This document shows positions 46,021 through 55,058 of a stretch of 64,000 nt of DNA, one piece after another (position 1 is the stretch's first letter; the number at the start of each line of letters is the position of its first letter). Under the pieces are notes generated by a model. The model was given only the letters and a program-made list of their open reading frames with translations, was not told the DNA's origin and searched no databases. The stretch comes from Myxococcota bacterium (lineage in GTDB: Bacteria > Myxococcota_A > UBA9160 > UBA4427). The DNA lies in contig JAYGDB010000008.1 of NCBI GenBank assembly GCA_046583095.1, positions 33,164-97,163 on the forward strand, read 5' to 3'. A program made the position numbers and the translations under genes.

Positions 46021-47871
46021 CTACTCGACGGTGACGCTCTTGGCGAGATTCCGAGGCTGATCGACATCGGTGCCCTTGAGGGTGGCGATGTGGTACGCGA
46101 GGAGCTGCAACGGAACCACCGCCAGAGCGGGCGTCAGGTACTCACCCAGGTCGGCGATCCGGATCACGTCGTTCGCCTTCTTCGCGATTTCGGTATCTCC
46201 CTGGGTCGCCACCGCGATCACCTGGCCGTCCCGGGCCCGAACCTGCTCGAGATTCGAGATGACCTTCTCGTAGAGCGGTCCCTGGTTCGCGATCACCACG
46301 ACCGGCATGTTCTCGTCGATCAGCGCGATGGGTCCGTGCTTCATCTCGCCGGCCGCGTAGGCCTCGGCGTGAATGTACGAGATCTCCTTCAGCTTCAGCG
46401 CGCCCTCGAGAGCGATCGGGAACATGATGCCCCGGCCGAGGAAGAGGAAGTCTGTCGCGCGGAAGTACTTGTGAGCGATCTCGCGGATGGATTCATCGAG
46501 ATCAAGGGTCTCCTCGAGCATCCGCGGCATCCGTTGCAGATCGCGAATCCGCTCCCGCAGCTCGTCGGATCCGAGCCGGCCGCGCACAGTGGCGAGCTTG
46601 AGTGCGAGGAGGTAGAGGGCCACCACCTGGCACATAAAGCACTTGGTCGATGCGACACCGATCTCCGGACCGGCCTGGGTGTAGAGGACGTCGTCGCTCT
46701 CTCGGGCGATGCTCGACTCGCGGGTGTTCGTGATGGAGAGGATGCGCGCGCCCTGCTCTCGGCCTTCTCGAAGTGCCGCCAGGGTGTCTGCGGTCTCACC
46801 GGATTGGGAGACGGGGACGACCAGGCAGCTGGGATCCAGGATCGGGTGCCGGTAGCGAAATTCGCTCGCGAGATCGACCTCGCAGGGAATTCCTGCGATC
46901 TGCTCGATCATGTACTTGCCGAGCATGCACGCGTAGGAGGCGGTCCCGCACGCGACGAGAGCCACGCGGGCGATCTTCTCCACCTGGTCCCGGCTGAACT
47001 CGATGCCGTCCAGATCGATCTCGAGATCGACCTCGTTGATGCGCGTGCCGATCGTATCGGTGACGGCGCGAGGCTGCTCGAAGATCTCCTTCTGCATGAA
47101 GCGGTCGTAGCCGCCCTTCTCGGCGGAGACCGGGTCGAAGTTCACCCTCTTGAACTCGCGGTCCACCGGCCGGCCGTCGATATCGACAACCTGGATCCGC
47201 TCCGAGTCGAGGACCGCGAAGTCGCCGTCCAGCATGAACATCATCTGGCGCGTGTAGGGCAGGATCGCGTGAATGTCGCTGCCGATGTAGGCCTGGCCGG
47301 GGCTCATGCCCAGGATGATCGGAGACCCGCCGTTCCTGGCGGCCACGAGGTGGCTGGGATCGCTCTCGCACAGTGCGCTGAACGCGTAGGAGCCGACGAC
47401 CCGCCGACAGGCCTCGCGCACCGCCGTGAGCAGGTCGGCGCCCGCCTGCATTTCGATGTCGATCATGTGAGCGAGCAGCTCGGTATCCGTCTCGGACTGG
47501 ATCTCGCAACCCGCCTCGTCCAGTTGCTCTCGCAGCTCGCCGTAGTTCTCGATGATGCCGTTGTGAACGATCAACACGGATCCCGCGCGATGGGGATGGG
47601 CGTTGCTCTCGGAGGGCTTGCCGTGGGTCGCCCAACGGGTATGGCCGATGCCGACATGACCTTCGATCGGCGTCTCCCGGAGAAGTGCCTCCAGGTTCTC
47701 GAGCTTGCCGACCGCCCGCCGCACCTCGACCGGAGCGGCTTCACCGTCGCGCGTGCTGGAGATCGCAACGCCTGCCGAGTCGTAGCCCCGGTACTCGAGC
47801 CGGCGTAGCCCTTCGATGAGCACGTCCTGGGCTCGACGTTGCTTTCCGATGGTTCCGACGATTCCGCACAT
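46021..47871 (-). CDS. glmS: Glutamine--fructose-6-phosphate aminotransferase (isomerizing)
   Basis: 616 aa; MCGIVGTIG...LEYRGYDSAG, two SIS domains, C-terminal AKSVTVE. Confidence 0.97.
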   Translation of the reverse strand: MCGIVGTIGKQRRAQDVLIEGLRRLEYRGYDSAGVAISSTRDGEAAPVEVRRAVGKLENLEALLRETPIEGHVGIGHTRWATHGKPSESNAHPHRAGSVLIVHNGIIENYGELREQLDEAGCEIQSETDTELLAHMIDIEMQAGADLLTAVREACRRVVGSYAFSALCESDPSHLVAARNGGSPIILGMSPGQAYIGSDIHAILPYTRQMMFMLDGDFAVLDSERIQVVDIDGRPVDREFKRVNFDPVSAEKGGYDRFMQKEIFEQPRAVTDTIGTRINEVDLEIDLDGIEFSRDQVEKIARVALVACGTASYACMLGKYMIEQIAGIPCEVDLASEFRYRHPILDPSCLVVPVSQSGETADTLAALREGREQGARILSITNTRESSIARESDDVLYTQAGPEIGVASTKCFMCQVVALYLLALKLATVRGRLGSDELRERIRDLQRMPRMLEETLDLDESIREIAHKYFRATDFLFLGRGIMFPIALEGALKLKEISYIHAEAYAAGEMKHGPIALIDENMPVVVIANQGPLYEKVISNLEQVRARDGQVIAVATQGDTEIAKKANDVIRIADLGEYLTPALAVVPLQLLAYHIATLKGTDVDQPRNLAKSVTVE

Positions 47872-47957
47872 GCGATCTCTCCCGCTGCCAGCGACCCCGG
47901 ACCTTGGTTGGTTGCCGGTCGGGGCGCGGCCGTTCCGCCTTTATCGCGTTTGGCCGG

Positions 47958-49325
47958 CTACTTCTGCTCCTGCTCTTCTTTCGCCTTGCCGGCGCGGGCC
48001 ACGCGTCGCGCCACCCAGCCATCGATGTTGCGTTGCTTGGCTCGAGCCACCGCCAGGGCTTCCTCGGGCACTTCCAGGTTGATGGTGGAGCCGGCGGCCA
48101 CGTACGAGTGGTTCCGGACGGTCACCGGAGCAATCAGGTTCACGTTGCACCCGATGAAGACGTCATCGCCGACGGACGTATGGTGCTTGGCGAACCCGTC
48201 GTAGTTCACGACCACACTGCCGCAGCCGAAATTCACCCTCTCGCCCACAGTTGCATCACCGATGTAGGTGAGGTGCGCCGCCTTGGTGCCTTCGCCCAGC
48301 ACCGCGTTCTTCAGTTCGACGAAATTCCCGATCTTCACGCCCTGATCGAGCTGGGTGTCGGCACGCAGATGCGAGCTCGGCCCGACCGATACGTCGTCAC
48401 CGATCCGGCTCGACTCGATCACCGTGTAGGCCTTGATGTGGCAGTCCTCTCCCACGACCGTGCCGCCGAGGATCTGGCAGCCCGGCTCGATCACGGTGTC
48501 GCGACCGATCCGAACGTCCGTGTCGATGTAGGTGCTCGCAGGATCGACCAGGGTGACGCCTTCGTCCATCCAGTGGGAATTGATGCGGCTGCGCAGGACG
48601 GCAACGGCGTCTGCCAGCTCTTCACGCGTGTTGATGCCCAGGCACTCGTTCGCGTCCTCGAGCTGCATCGCCGAGACGCGCTTCCCGCTGGCAACCGCCA
48701 GGCCGACGACGTCGGTGAGATAGAGCTCGCCCTGGGCATTCGAGTCGTCGAGCTTCGCGAGGCAGCTGCGCAGGAGTTGTGCGCCGAGCAGGTACACCCC
48801 GGTGTTGCGTTCGAGGATTGCCATTTCCGCGCGGGTGGCGTCCTGCTTCTCGACGACCCGCGTCACGCGCCCAACGGCGTCGCGCAGGATGCGCCCCGGG
48901 ATCGTCTCGGCCTCGGCGGTCAGGATCAAGAGGTCGGCCTCCCCGTGCTCCTTGTCGGCCAGCATTGCGCGCAGGGTCTCGGGCCGTAGCAGGGGAACGT
49001 CGGCGTAGAGAACCAGGACGTCACCGTCGAAGTCCGACAGCTTCGGTTCGGCCTGCAGGACGGCGTGGCCGGTGCCCTTCTGCTCCGCCTGAAGGACGAA
49101 CTCACAGCGGCCCACGAAGGTCTGCTCGACTTCCTCCGCGCCTTCGCCGACGACGACGATCAGGCGCTCGGGCTCGAGGGCCTCGGCGGTCGTCAGCACG
49201 TGCGCGAGCATCGAGCGCCCGCACATCTCGTGGAGCACCTTCGCCCGCCTGGACTTCATGCGGGTGCCGCTGCCGGCTGCGAGAACGATTACCGCGAGGT
49301 TCGAGGGAGAGTTGCGCATGGTCAT
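47958..49325 (-). CDS. glmU: Bifunctional UDP-N-acetylglucosamine pyrophosphorylase / GlcN-1-P N-acetyltransferase
   Basis: 455 aa; LAVIVLAAGSGTRMKS..AKVLH, left-handed beta-helix hexapeptide repeats in the C-terminal half. Confidence 0.95.
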   Translation of the reverse strand: MTMRNSPSNLAVIVLAAGSGTRMKSRRAKVLHEMCGRSMLAHVLTTAEALEPERLIVVVGEGAEEVEQTFVGRCEFVLQAEQKGTGHAVLQAEPKLSDFDGDVLVLYADVPLLRPETLRAMLADKEHGEADLLILTAEAETIPGRILRDAVGRVTRVVEKQDATRAEMAILERNTGVYLLGAQLLRSCLAKLDDSNAQGELYLTDVVGLAVASGKRVSAMQLEDANECLGINTREELADAVAVLRSRINSHWMDEGVTLVDPASTYIDTDVRIGRDTVIEPGCQILGGTVVGEDCHIKAYTVIESSRIGDDVSVGPSSHLRADTQLDQGVKIGNFVELKNAVLGEGTKAAHLTYIGDATVGERVNFGCGSVVVNYDGFAKHHTSVGDDVFIGCNVNLIAPVTVRNHSYVAAGSTINLEVPEEALAVARAKQRNIDGWVARRVARAGKAKEEQEQK

Positions 49326-49462
49326 CCTGTCATCGGCGCGCCCGTCGGGAATCGTGACCGGGCCGAGGAGATTACCGCGACGCGGCTCAGCCGCCTCCCC
49401 CGGGGCAACTCGCCGCCCCGGACAGCCTCCCCTACGCTCTCGGGGCCGCTGAGGAGCCCCAT

Positions 49463-51160
49463 ATCCAGATCTTTGGCAATACCCATGGCCTGAAAGCCAG
49501 CCAGGTCCGCTCCATCGAGCGCCTCCACAAGCGCCGCCTCCCGGCAGACCGGCTCCTCACGAACGAGTTTGCCCGCCAACTCGCCGAGATCAGCCGCGAG
49601 ATCCGGCGCGAGGTCGGCGTCCTCGTGGACCGCCGGGGTGACGTCACCCACGTCATGGTCGGAACCTCCGGCGCCATCGAGATGCCGGATTGGGGCCGCA
49701 TCCGCGCGGGCCGGGGACGACTCCGGGGCCTTCGCTGCATCCACACCCACCTCTCGGACGAAGGTCTCACGCGGGACGACCTCACCGACCTGCTGCTGCT
49801 GCGACTCGACGCCATCGTGACCGTTGCAGTGCTGGAAGACGGTTTGCCCGGCCTCGCCCACACGGCAGCCCTGCGTCCCGAGGACGGGGAGGGGGGCACC
49901 GACGGGCTGGAACGCGGCGTCCAGAAGCTCGACCCGGTCCACCCCGCGCAATTCGACCTCGACTTCCAGGGCTGGATTCGCGACCTCGAGAACGACCTCG
50001 CCCGGAGCACCGGCGCTCAGCAGGTCGGCGACGGCGAGCGAGCGATCCTCGTCGCGGTCACCGCCGGTCGCTCACAGGATGAGTTCGAGGCCCACGTCGA
50101 AGAACTCACCGAACTGGCGCGCTCCGCCGACGTCAAGTTGGTAGACGTCATCACCCAGCAGAGACGCCGGGTCGACCCCAAGACGGTCGTCGGGAGCGGC
50201 AAGCTGCAAGATCTGATGATTCGCTCGTTCCAGAGCGACGTGGATCTCGTCATCTTCGATCAGGATCTGACGCCGACCCAGGCACGCAACCTGTCCGAGC
50301 GCATGGAGCTGCGCGTCATCGATCGCACCCAGCTCATCCTCGACATCTTCGCCCAGCGGGCCAGCACCGGGGACGGCAAGCTGCAGGTCGAACTCGCGCA
50401 GCTCAAGTACCGCCTGCCGCGTCTCGCCCAACGCGGAGATCTCTCGCTCTCACGCCTGGAGGGTGGAATTGGCGGACGCGGACCGGGTGAGTCGAAGCTC
50501 GAGACCGACCGCCGCCGGGTGCGCGACCGCATAACTCGACTCGAGAAGCAGCTCAAGCAACTCGGCAAACAGCGTAAGAATCGCAGGCGTCGGCGGGAGC
50601 GGCGTGACGTGCCGGTCCTCTCGATCGTCGGTTACACGAACGCCGGGAAGAGCACACTGCTCCGCGCGCTCACGGACAGCGACGTCCCGATCGCGGACAA
50701 GATGTTCGCGACCCTCGATCCCGTCTCGCGTCGGCTTCGCTTCCCGCGCGAGCGCGAGGTGATCATCACCGACACGGTCGGGTTCGTGCGAGACCTGCCC
50801 AAAGAGCTCGTTGCGGCGTTCCGGGCCACCCTGGAAGAACTCGCGGGCGCCAGCCTGCTGCTGCACGTGGTGGACGTCTCGGCGCACGACCTCGAACGCC
50901 GCATGACGGCCGTCCGGAAGATCCTCGACGAGCTCAAGCTCGGCGACGCCCCAGAGCTTCTGGTGTTCAACCAGGCCGATCGCCTGGCCTCCGGCGAGGC
51001 CAGGGCGATCGCGGAGCGGTTCGGGGGCGTAGCCGTTTCAGCCCTCACCCGCGCAGGCCTGAACGAGCTGCTGGAGACCGCGGAGAAGCTGCTCTGGAGC
51101 CACGAGAGTGTCGCAGACGGAAGCCGACGCGCTGAAGATCTGACGGCCAGCGGCCGCTAG
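49463..51160 (+). CDS. hflX: GTPase HflX with conserved N-terminal extension; proposed non-canonical ATC start (conservative start GTG 49625)
   Basis: HflX N-domain and G-domain (VLSIVGYTNAGKSTLL, DTVGF, NQAD). In-frame upstream sequence IFGNTHGLKASQVRSIERLHKRRLP...VGVLVDRRG resembles long-form HflX N-termini. The frame is open only from 49358, with no ATG/GTG/TTG before 49625. GAGGAG at 49451-49456 lies 6 nt before ATC 49463. Confidence 0.85.
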   Translation: MQIFGNTHGLKASQVRSIERLHKRRLPADRLLTNEFARQLAEISREIRREVGVLVDRRGDVTHVMVGTSGAIEMPDWGRIRAGRGRLRGLRCIHTHLSDEGLTRDDLTDLLLLRLDAIVTVAVLEDGLPGLAHTAALRPEDGEGGTDGLERGVQKLDPVHPAQFDLDFQGWIRDLENDLARSTGAQQVGDGERAILVAVTAGRSQDEFEAHVEELTELARSADVKLVDVITQQRRRVDPKTVVGSGKLQDLMIRSFQSDVDLVIFDQDLTPTQARNLSERMELRVIDRTQLILDIFAQRASTGDGKLQVELAQLKYRLPRLAQRGDLSLSRLEGGIGGRGPGESKLETDRRRVRDRITRLEKQLKQLGKQRKNRRRRRERRDVPVLSIVGYTNAGKSTLLRALTDSDVPIADKMFATLDPVSRRLRFPREREVIITDTVGFVRDLPKELVAAFRATLEELAGASLLLHVVDVSAHDLERRMTAVRKILDELKLGDAPELLVFNQADRLASGEARAIAERFGGVAVSALTRAGLNELLETAEKLLWSHESVADGSRRAEDLTASGR

Positions 51161-51198
51161 ACTCCGCATCTCGAACAACCGCCCGGATCGGGGAGAGC

Positions 51199-52215
51199 AT
51201 GAGCAGCAGCGGCAGCTTGCGCGTCAAGATCACGGGCACCGGCATGTGCATCCCCGACCGTGTCGTGACGAACCACGACCTCGCCGGCCGCATGGATACG
51301 AGCGACGAGTGGATCCGCCAGCGTACGGGCATCGTCGAGCGGCACTGGGTCGAAGAGGGCCAACAACCGGCCGACCTTGCCGAGAAGGCCTGCCGCGATG
51401 CTCTCGAAGCAGTCGACCTCGAGCCGAGCGACATCGATTGCATCCTGCTGGGAACGCTGTCGTCCCAGGCCGACTTCCCCGGCACCTCGTTCTTTCTTCA
51501 GGCCGCTCTCGGGCTCGAGGACACCCCCTGCATGGACGTGCGGGCCCAGTGCAGCGGCTTCCTCTACTCCCTGCAGCTCGCCAATGCCCTCGTGCGCTCG
51601 GCCACGTACCGGCGCGTACTCGTGGTGGGCTGCGAGGTTCACTCGACGGGCCTCGACATCAGCACCCGCGGACGCGATGTCTCGGTGATCTTCGGAGACG
51701 GAGCCGCAGCGGTGGTCGTCGAGGCAAATGACGACCCGGCAGATCCGTCGGAGATCCTCGAGATACGCATCCACTCCCAGGGCGAGCACGCCAAGCGACT
51801 CTGGGTCGAGGCGCCGGGATCGGGCATCTCACCCCGGATCAACCACGAGATGATCGACGACGCCCGGATCTTCCCGCACATGGAGGGACGCTTCGTCTTC
51901 AAGCACGCTGTGACGCGCATGCCCGAGGTGATGCTCGAGACACTCGGGGCCGCCAGCCTGAAGCTCGAGGACGTGGATCTGTTCCTGTTCCACCAGGCGA
52001 ACCTGCGCATCAACGAGTTCGTCGCCCAGAAGCTCGAGATCCCGGCCGACAAGATCTACAACAACATCCAGCACTACGGGAACTGCTCGGCCGCCTCGAT
52101 CCCCATCCTGCTCCACGAGTGCCAACGGGACGGCCTGATCGAGCGTGGCCAACTGGTGAGCATGACGGCCTTCGGGTCCGGCTTCACCTGGGCGAGTGCC
52201 GCGATCCGCTTCTAG
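51199..52215 (+). CDS. fabH: 3-oxoacyl-ACP synthase III (KAS III)
   Basis: 338 aa; ITGTGMCIPDRVVTNHDL, SDEWIRQRTGI, AQCSGFLYSL (active-site Cys), HQANLRI, GNCSAASIP. Confidence 0.9.
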   Translation: MSSSGSLRVKITGTGMCIPDRVVTNHDLAGRMDTSDEWIRQRTGIVERHWVEEGQQPADLAEKACRDALEAVDLEPSDIDCILLGTLSSQADFPGTSFFLQAALGLEDTPCMDVRAQCSGFLYSLQLANALVRSATYRRVLVVGCEVHSTGLDISTRGRDVSVIFGDGAAAVVVEANDDPADPSEILEIRIHSQGEHAKRLWVEAPGSGISPRINHEMIDDARIFPHMEGRFVFKHAVTRMPEVMLETLGAASLKLEDVDLFLFHQANLRINEFVAQKLEIPADKIYNNIQHYGNCSAASIPILLHECQRDGLIERGQLVSMTAFGSGFTWASAAIRF

Positions 52216-52334
52216 CTCACCGCGCGGCAGACCAATTTGATGCATCGCGTCCTGCGAGTTCCCCGAAGGGACCTCAATATACGACGCATCGGGTCAAAAT
52301 TAGCCTCTATATCGATTTAAATTCACTTAGCGTC

Positions 52335-52362
52335 TTGACTTTATGACGCACCGTATTAAATT
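52335..52362 (+). promoter_or_regulatory. Candidate sigma-70-type promoter for the phasin-like gene
   Basis: TTGACT (52335-52340), 16-nt spacer, TAAATT (52357-52362), inside a ~240-nt AT-rich island in an otherwise GC-rich genome. Confidence 0.35.
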
Positions 52363-52370
52363 GGCTTCCG

Positions 52371-52389
52371 TTCAACGCGATGCGTTGAA
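52371..52389. promoter_or_regulatory. Perfect inverted repeat TTCAACGC-GAT-GCGTTGAA, candidate operator
   Basis: 8-bp perfect arms read directly; it lies about 9 nt downstream of the candidate -10 element. Confidence 0.4.
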
Positions 52390-52453
52390 AACCCAGGATA
52401 TCAAACCCCACCTACTACGCGCTGGCACACGAGCGAGCACATGGAGAACAGTC

Positions 52454-52819
52454 ATGGAACAGCGAGCCAACTTCATCGACGAAGGGATCGACCGCTTCCA
52501 GGAAGCCTGGAGTTCCGTCGAGGACGAGTTCGAGAAGCGCCGGAAGAGCTTCTCGGAGCAGACCGCGAAGCGCGTGAAGGAGTTCGAGAGCACGACCTTC
52601 GGCAAGCGCGTCGTGACGTTCCGCGGTGAAGCGCAGAAACAGATCGGGACCAACCTCGAGAGCGTCCTCGGCCTCCTGCCCGTCGCCTCCCGCGTCGACG
52701 TGAAGCGGCTCGAGCGCAAGGTCACGCGGCTCACCCGCAAGCTGAACGCCCTCGAGAAGGCGGGCGCTGCCAAGCCCTCCGCCGTCAGCGGGAAGACCGA
52801 GACGCAGGCATCTGCCTGA
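52454..52819 (+). CDS. Phasin-like (PHA granule-associated, PF05597-like) small coiled-coil protein
   Basis: Track ORF trimmed to ATG 52454 (GGAGAA 5 nt upstream). C-terminal LGLLPVASRVDVKRLERKVTRLTRKLNALEK resembles the phasin motif LGVPSRKEIKALSSKVDELTRQIEKL. Confidence 0.55.
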   Translation: MEQRANFIDEGIDRFQEAWSSVEDEFEKRRKSFSEQTAKRVKEFESTTFGKRVVTFRGEAQKQIGTNLESVLGLLPVASRVDVKRLERKVTRLTRKLNALEKAGAAKPSAVSGKTETQASA

Positions 52820-52868
52820 AGATCCACCGAGTACAGAGACGAGGTACTCGTCTCGCTCGCAAGACATA

Positions 52869-52903
52869 GGGCCCGGCGGAACACCGCCGGGCCCTTTCTG
52901 TGT
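52869..52903 (+). terminator. Rho-independent terminator
   Basis: GGGCCCGGCGG-AACA-CCGCCGGGCCC (11-bp perfect stem) followed by TTTCTGTGTT. Preceded by a second hairpin GAGACGAG-GTA-CTCGTCTC at 52836-52854. Confidence 0.75.
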
Positions 52904-52944
52904 TCCGCTACCCTCCGCCTCACCCTTCGATTCGGAGACCCCCT

Positions 52945-54117
52945 GTGCCCGATTACGCCGGCGTCGACTTCCTGCGTCTCGACGACACCCAGTTCTCGAA
53001 CGAGGAGCGGGTCGTCCGGGACTCGATACGCGACTGGGTCTCCAAGGAGTTCCTGCCCCGACTGCAGGAACACATCCGCCAGGACGGCTCCTTCCCGATG
53101 GAACTCGTTCCGCAGATCGCCGAGCTCGGCATGTTTGGCGCGAACCTCTCGGGCTATGGCTGTGCGGGCATGAACAACGTGGCCTACGGGCTGTTGATGC
53201 AGGAACTCGAGCGCGGCGACTCGGGACTCCGCTCCTTCGCATCGGTGCAGGGCTCTCTCTGCATGTACCCGATCCACGCCTATGGGAGCGAGGAGCAGCG
53301 CCAGCGCTGGCTGCCCGAGATGGCGGCCGGCCGCAGCATCGGTTGCTTCGGACTCACCGAGCCCGACTTCGGCAGCTTCGTGACGGGCATGGTCACCCGC
53401 TGCGAGCCCAAGAACGACGGCTGGGTGCTCTCGGGCACCAAGCGCTGGATCACCAACGGTACGCTTGCGCAGCTCGCGATCATCTGGGCGAAGGATCCGG
53501 AAGGCGTGGTCCGCGGTTTCGTGGTGGAGACCGATCGTCCCGGCTTCGAGGCACGCGACATCAAGGGCAAGTTCTCGCTACGCGCGTCGGTAACGTCGGA
53601 GATCTTCCTGCAAGACGTCGAGATCCCCGACGAGAATCGGCTAGCCGGTGTCGAGGGACTCCGCGGACCGCTGGGCTGCCTCACCCAGGCCCGATACGGC
53701 ATCGCCTGGGGGGCCATCGGTGCGGCCATGGCCTGCTACGACGAGGCTGTCGAGTACACGAAGGAGAGGCTCGTGCAGGGCGGGCCCCTCGCCGGCAAGC
53801 AACTCACCCAGCAGAAGCTCGTCTTCATGCTGACCGAGATCACAAAGGCCCAGCTGCTCGCCCTGCAGCTCGGGCGCTTGAAGGACGCGGGCCAGTATGA
53901 CCACACCATGGTCTCGATGGCCAAGCGCAACAACGTGGACATCGCCCTGCGAATCGCCCGGGACGCCCGCGACCTGCTCGGCGCGAACGGCATCGTCGAC
54001 GACTACGCGGCCATGCGCCACATGATGAACCTCGAGACGGTCCGCACCTACGAGGGCACCCACGACGTCCACATGCTGATCCTCGGCGAACACATCACCG
54101 GCATGCGCGCAATCTGA
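52945..54117 (+). CDS. gcdH: Glutaryl-CoA dehydrogenase
   Basis: Track ORF trimmed to GTG 52945 (GGAGA 6 nt upstream; the track start lies inside the terminator). GYGCAGMNNVAYGLLMQELERGDSGLRSFASVQGSLCMYPIHAYGSEEQRQRWLP, GKFSLRAS, ARYGIAWG and YEGTHDVHMLILG closely match GCDH as I recall it. Confidence 0.9.
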   Translation: MPDYAGVDFLRLDDTQFSNEERVVRDSIRDWVSKEFLPRLQEHIRQDGSFPMELVPQIAELGMFGANLSGYGCAGMNNVAYGLLMQELERGDSGLRSFASVQGSLCMYPIHAYGSEEQRQRWLPEMAAGRSIGCFGLTEPDFGSFVTGMVTRCEPKNDGWVLSGTKRWITNGTLAQLAIIWAKDPEGVVRGFVVETDRPGFEARDIKGKFSLRASVTSEIFLQDVEIPDENRLAGVEGLRGPLGCLTQARYGIAWGAIGAAMACYDEAVEYTKERLVQGGPLAGKQLTQQKLVFMLTEITKAQLLALQLGRLKDAGQYDHTMVSMAKRNNVDIALRIARDARDLLGANGIVDDYAAMRHMMNLETVRTYEGTHDVHMLILGEHITGMRAI

Positions 54118-54174
54118 ACACTTCTCGGCACGGCCCAACCTCTCACGAGACTGACCCGGCCAGGCGGGTCGTCC

Positions 54175-55026
54175 TCAGGCGCGATTCGTGGTGTGCGCAT
54201 CGCGCACGGCGCCGGGGACACTGCCCCCATTGCAGTCAAGGAGGCGGCGCGCCTCGTGAGGATCGACGCTGGCGAGTTGCATGACGATGCGCACGGCGCG
54301 CTCCCGCAGCTTCTCGGAGACCGGCGTCACGTTCGTCATCAGGTTTCCCTGTACGCGTCCGAGCTGGACCATCACGGTGGTCGAAAGCAGGTGCAGCACC
54401 ATCTTCTGGGCGAGGCCGCCCTTCAGCCGCGTCGAGCCCGCAATGACCTCGGCACCCGTCTGGGGAACGATCGCGATCTCGGCGGCGTGAACGAGGGGCG
54501 AGTCCGCGTTGCAACTGATCGCGATCCGACGCGCGCCCACCTCCTGGGCGATCTCGAAGGCCCCCAACGCGAAAGGCGTCCGTCCGCTCGCGGAGATCGC
54601 CACGACCGAGTCGGCCATGGAGAGGCCTCGCTCGCGCAACTGCCAGGCGCCATCCTCGGCGTTGTCCTCGGCCCCCTCGATGGCTTCGCGCAGGGCGCGG
54701 TCACCGCCGGCAATCACTCCCTGGACGACATCGGGGGACATTCCGAAAGTCGGCGGGATCTCGGATGCGTCGAGCACACCGAGACGACCGCTCGTTCCCG
54801 CACCCACGTTGAACCAACGGCCTCCGCCGCGGATCGAGCAGGCAAGCACGTGCACGGCTTCGGCGATGGTGGGCAATACCCGCCCAACCGCCGCATGGGC
54901 CGCGGCGTCCTCCCGGTGCATCAACTCGAGGACTTCGGCGACGCTCTTCTGATCGAGGTCGCGGGCGTCGTCGAGGATGCCCTCGGTAGGCGACTCGCCC
55001 CCGCTGATCGGCCCCTCCCGGCTCAT
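54175..55026 (-). CDS. murQ: N-acetylmuramic acid 6-phosphate etherase
   Basis: 283 aa; SIS domain. RWFNVGAGTSGRLGVLDASEIPPTFG, GVIAGGDRALREAIEGAEDN, AISASGRTPF. Confidence 0.9.
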   Translation of the reverse strand: MSREGPISGGESPTEGILDDARDLDQKSVAEVLELMHREDAAAHAAVGRVLPTIAEAVHVLACSIRGGGRWFNVGAGTSGRLGVLDASEIPPTFGMSPDVVQGVIAGGDRALREAIEGAEDNAEDGAWQLRERGLSMADSVVAISASGRTPFALGAFEIAQEVGARRIAISCNADSPLVHAAEIAIVPQTGAEVIAGSTRLKGGLAQKMVLHLLSTTVMVQLGRVQGNLMTNVTPVSEKLRERAVRIVMQLASVDPHEARRLLDCNGGSVPGAVRDAHTTNRA

Positions 55027-55058
55027 GGCTGTTCGTTTCGGAAGGCTACCTTCGGGAC

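Noticed and set aside
44860-47808. 982-aa plus-strand ORF, the longest in the track, plus similar giants (789-1946 -, 6193-7752 -, 8487-10589 -, 38598-40274 +, 3400-5217 +, 23155-24174 +, 59939-61447 +)
   Set aside because: All are antisense to genes with unmistakable protein signatures (glmS, ddl, TPR proteins, GT-C proteins, the oxidoreductase, GH36). Their translations are Arg/Pro/Gly-rich low-complexity sequence with no recognisable motifs, typical of high-GC shadow ORFs that share third-codon positions with the real gene.
47872-47957. Possible glmS ribozyme or attenuator in the glmU-glmS gap (an imperfect hairpin CCCCGACC...GGTCCGGGG on the minus strand)
   Set aside because: The gap is only 86 nt, too short for the ~170-nt glmS ribozyme core, and I see none of its conserved core sequence. 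The hairpin is ordinary and has no U-tract.
52423-52439. Sigma-54-like TGGCAC...GAGCA upstream of the phasin-like gene
   Set aside because: The GG-to-GC spacing is off by one from TGGCAC-N5-TTGCA and the -12 element is poor. The implied transcription start would fall almost on the ATG at 52454.
54118-54174. Possible bidirectional terminator between gcdH and murQ (GACCCG-GCCAGG-CGGGTC)
   Set aside because: The stem is only 6 bp and has no U-tract on either strand, which is too weak to call.
55027-55058. Only 32 nt between the divergent murQ and mutS2 starts, containing the small hairpin GAAGG-CTA-CCTTC
   Set aside because: This is noted as compact architecture only. The hairpin is short, and both start codons are well supported by the protein N-termini, so nothing further can be inferred.
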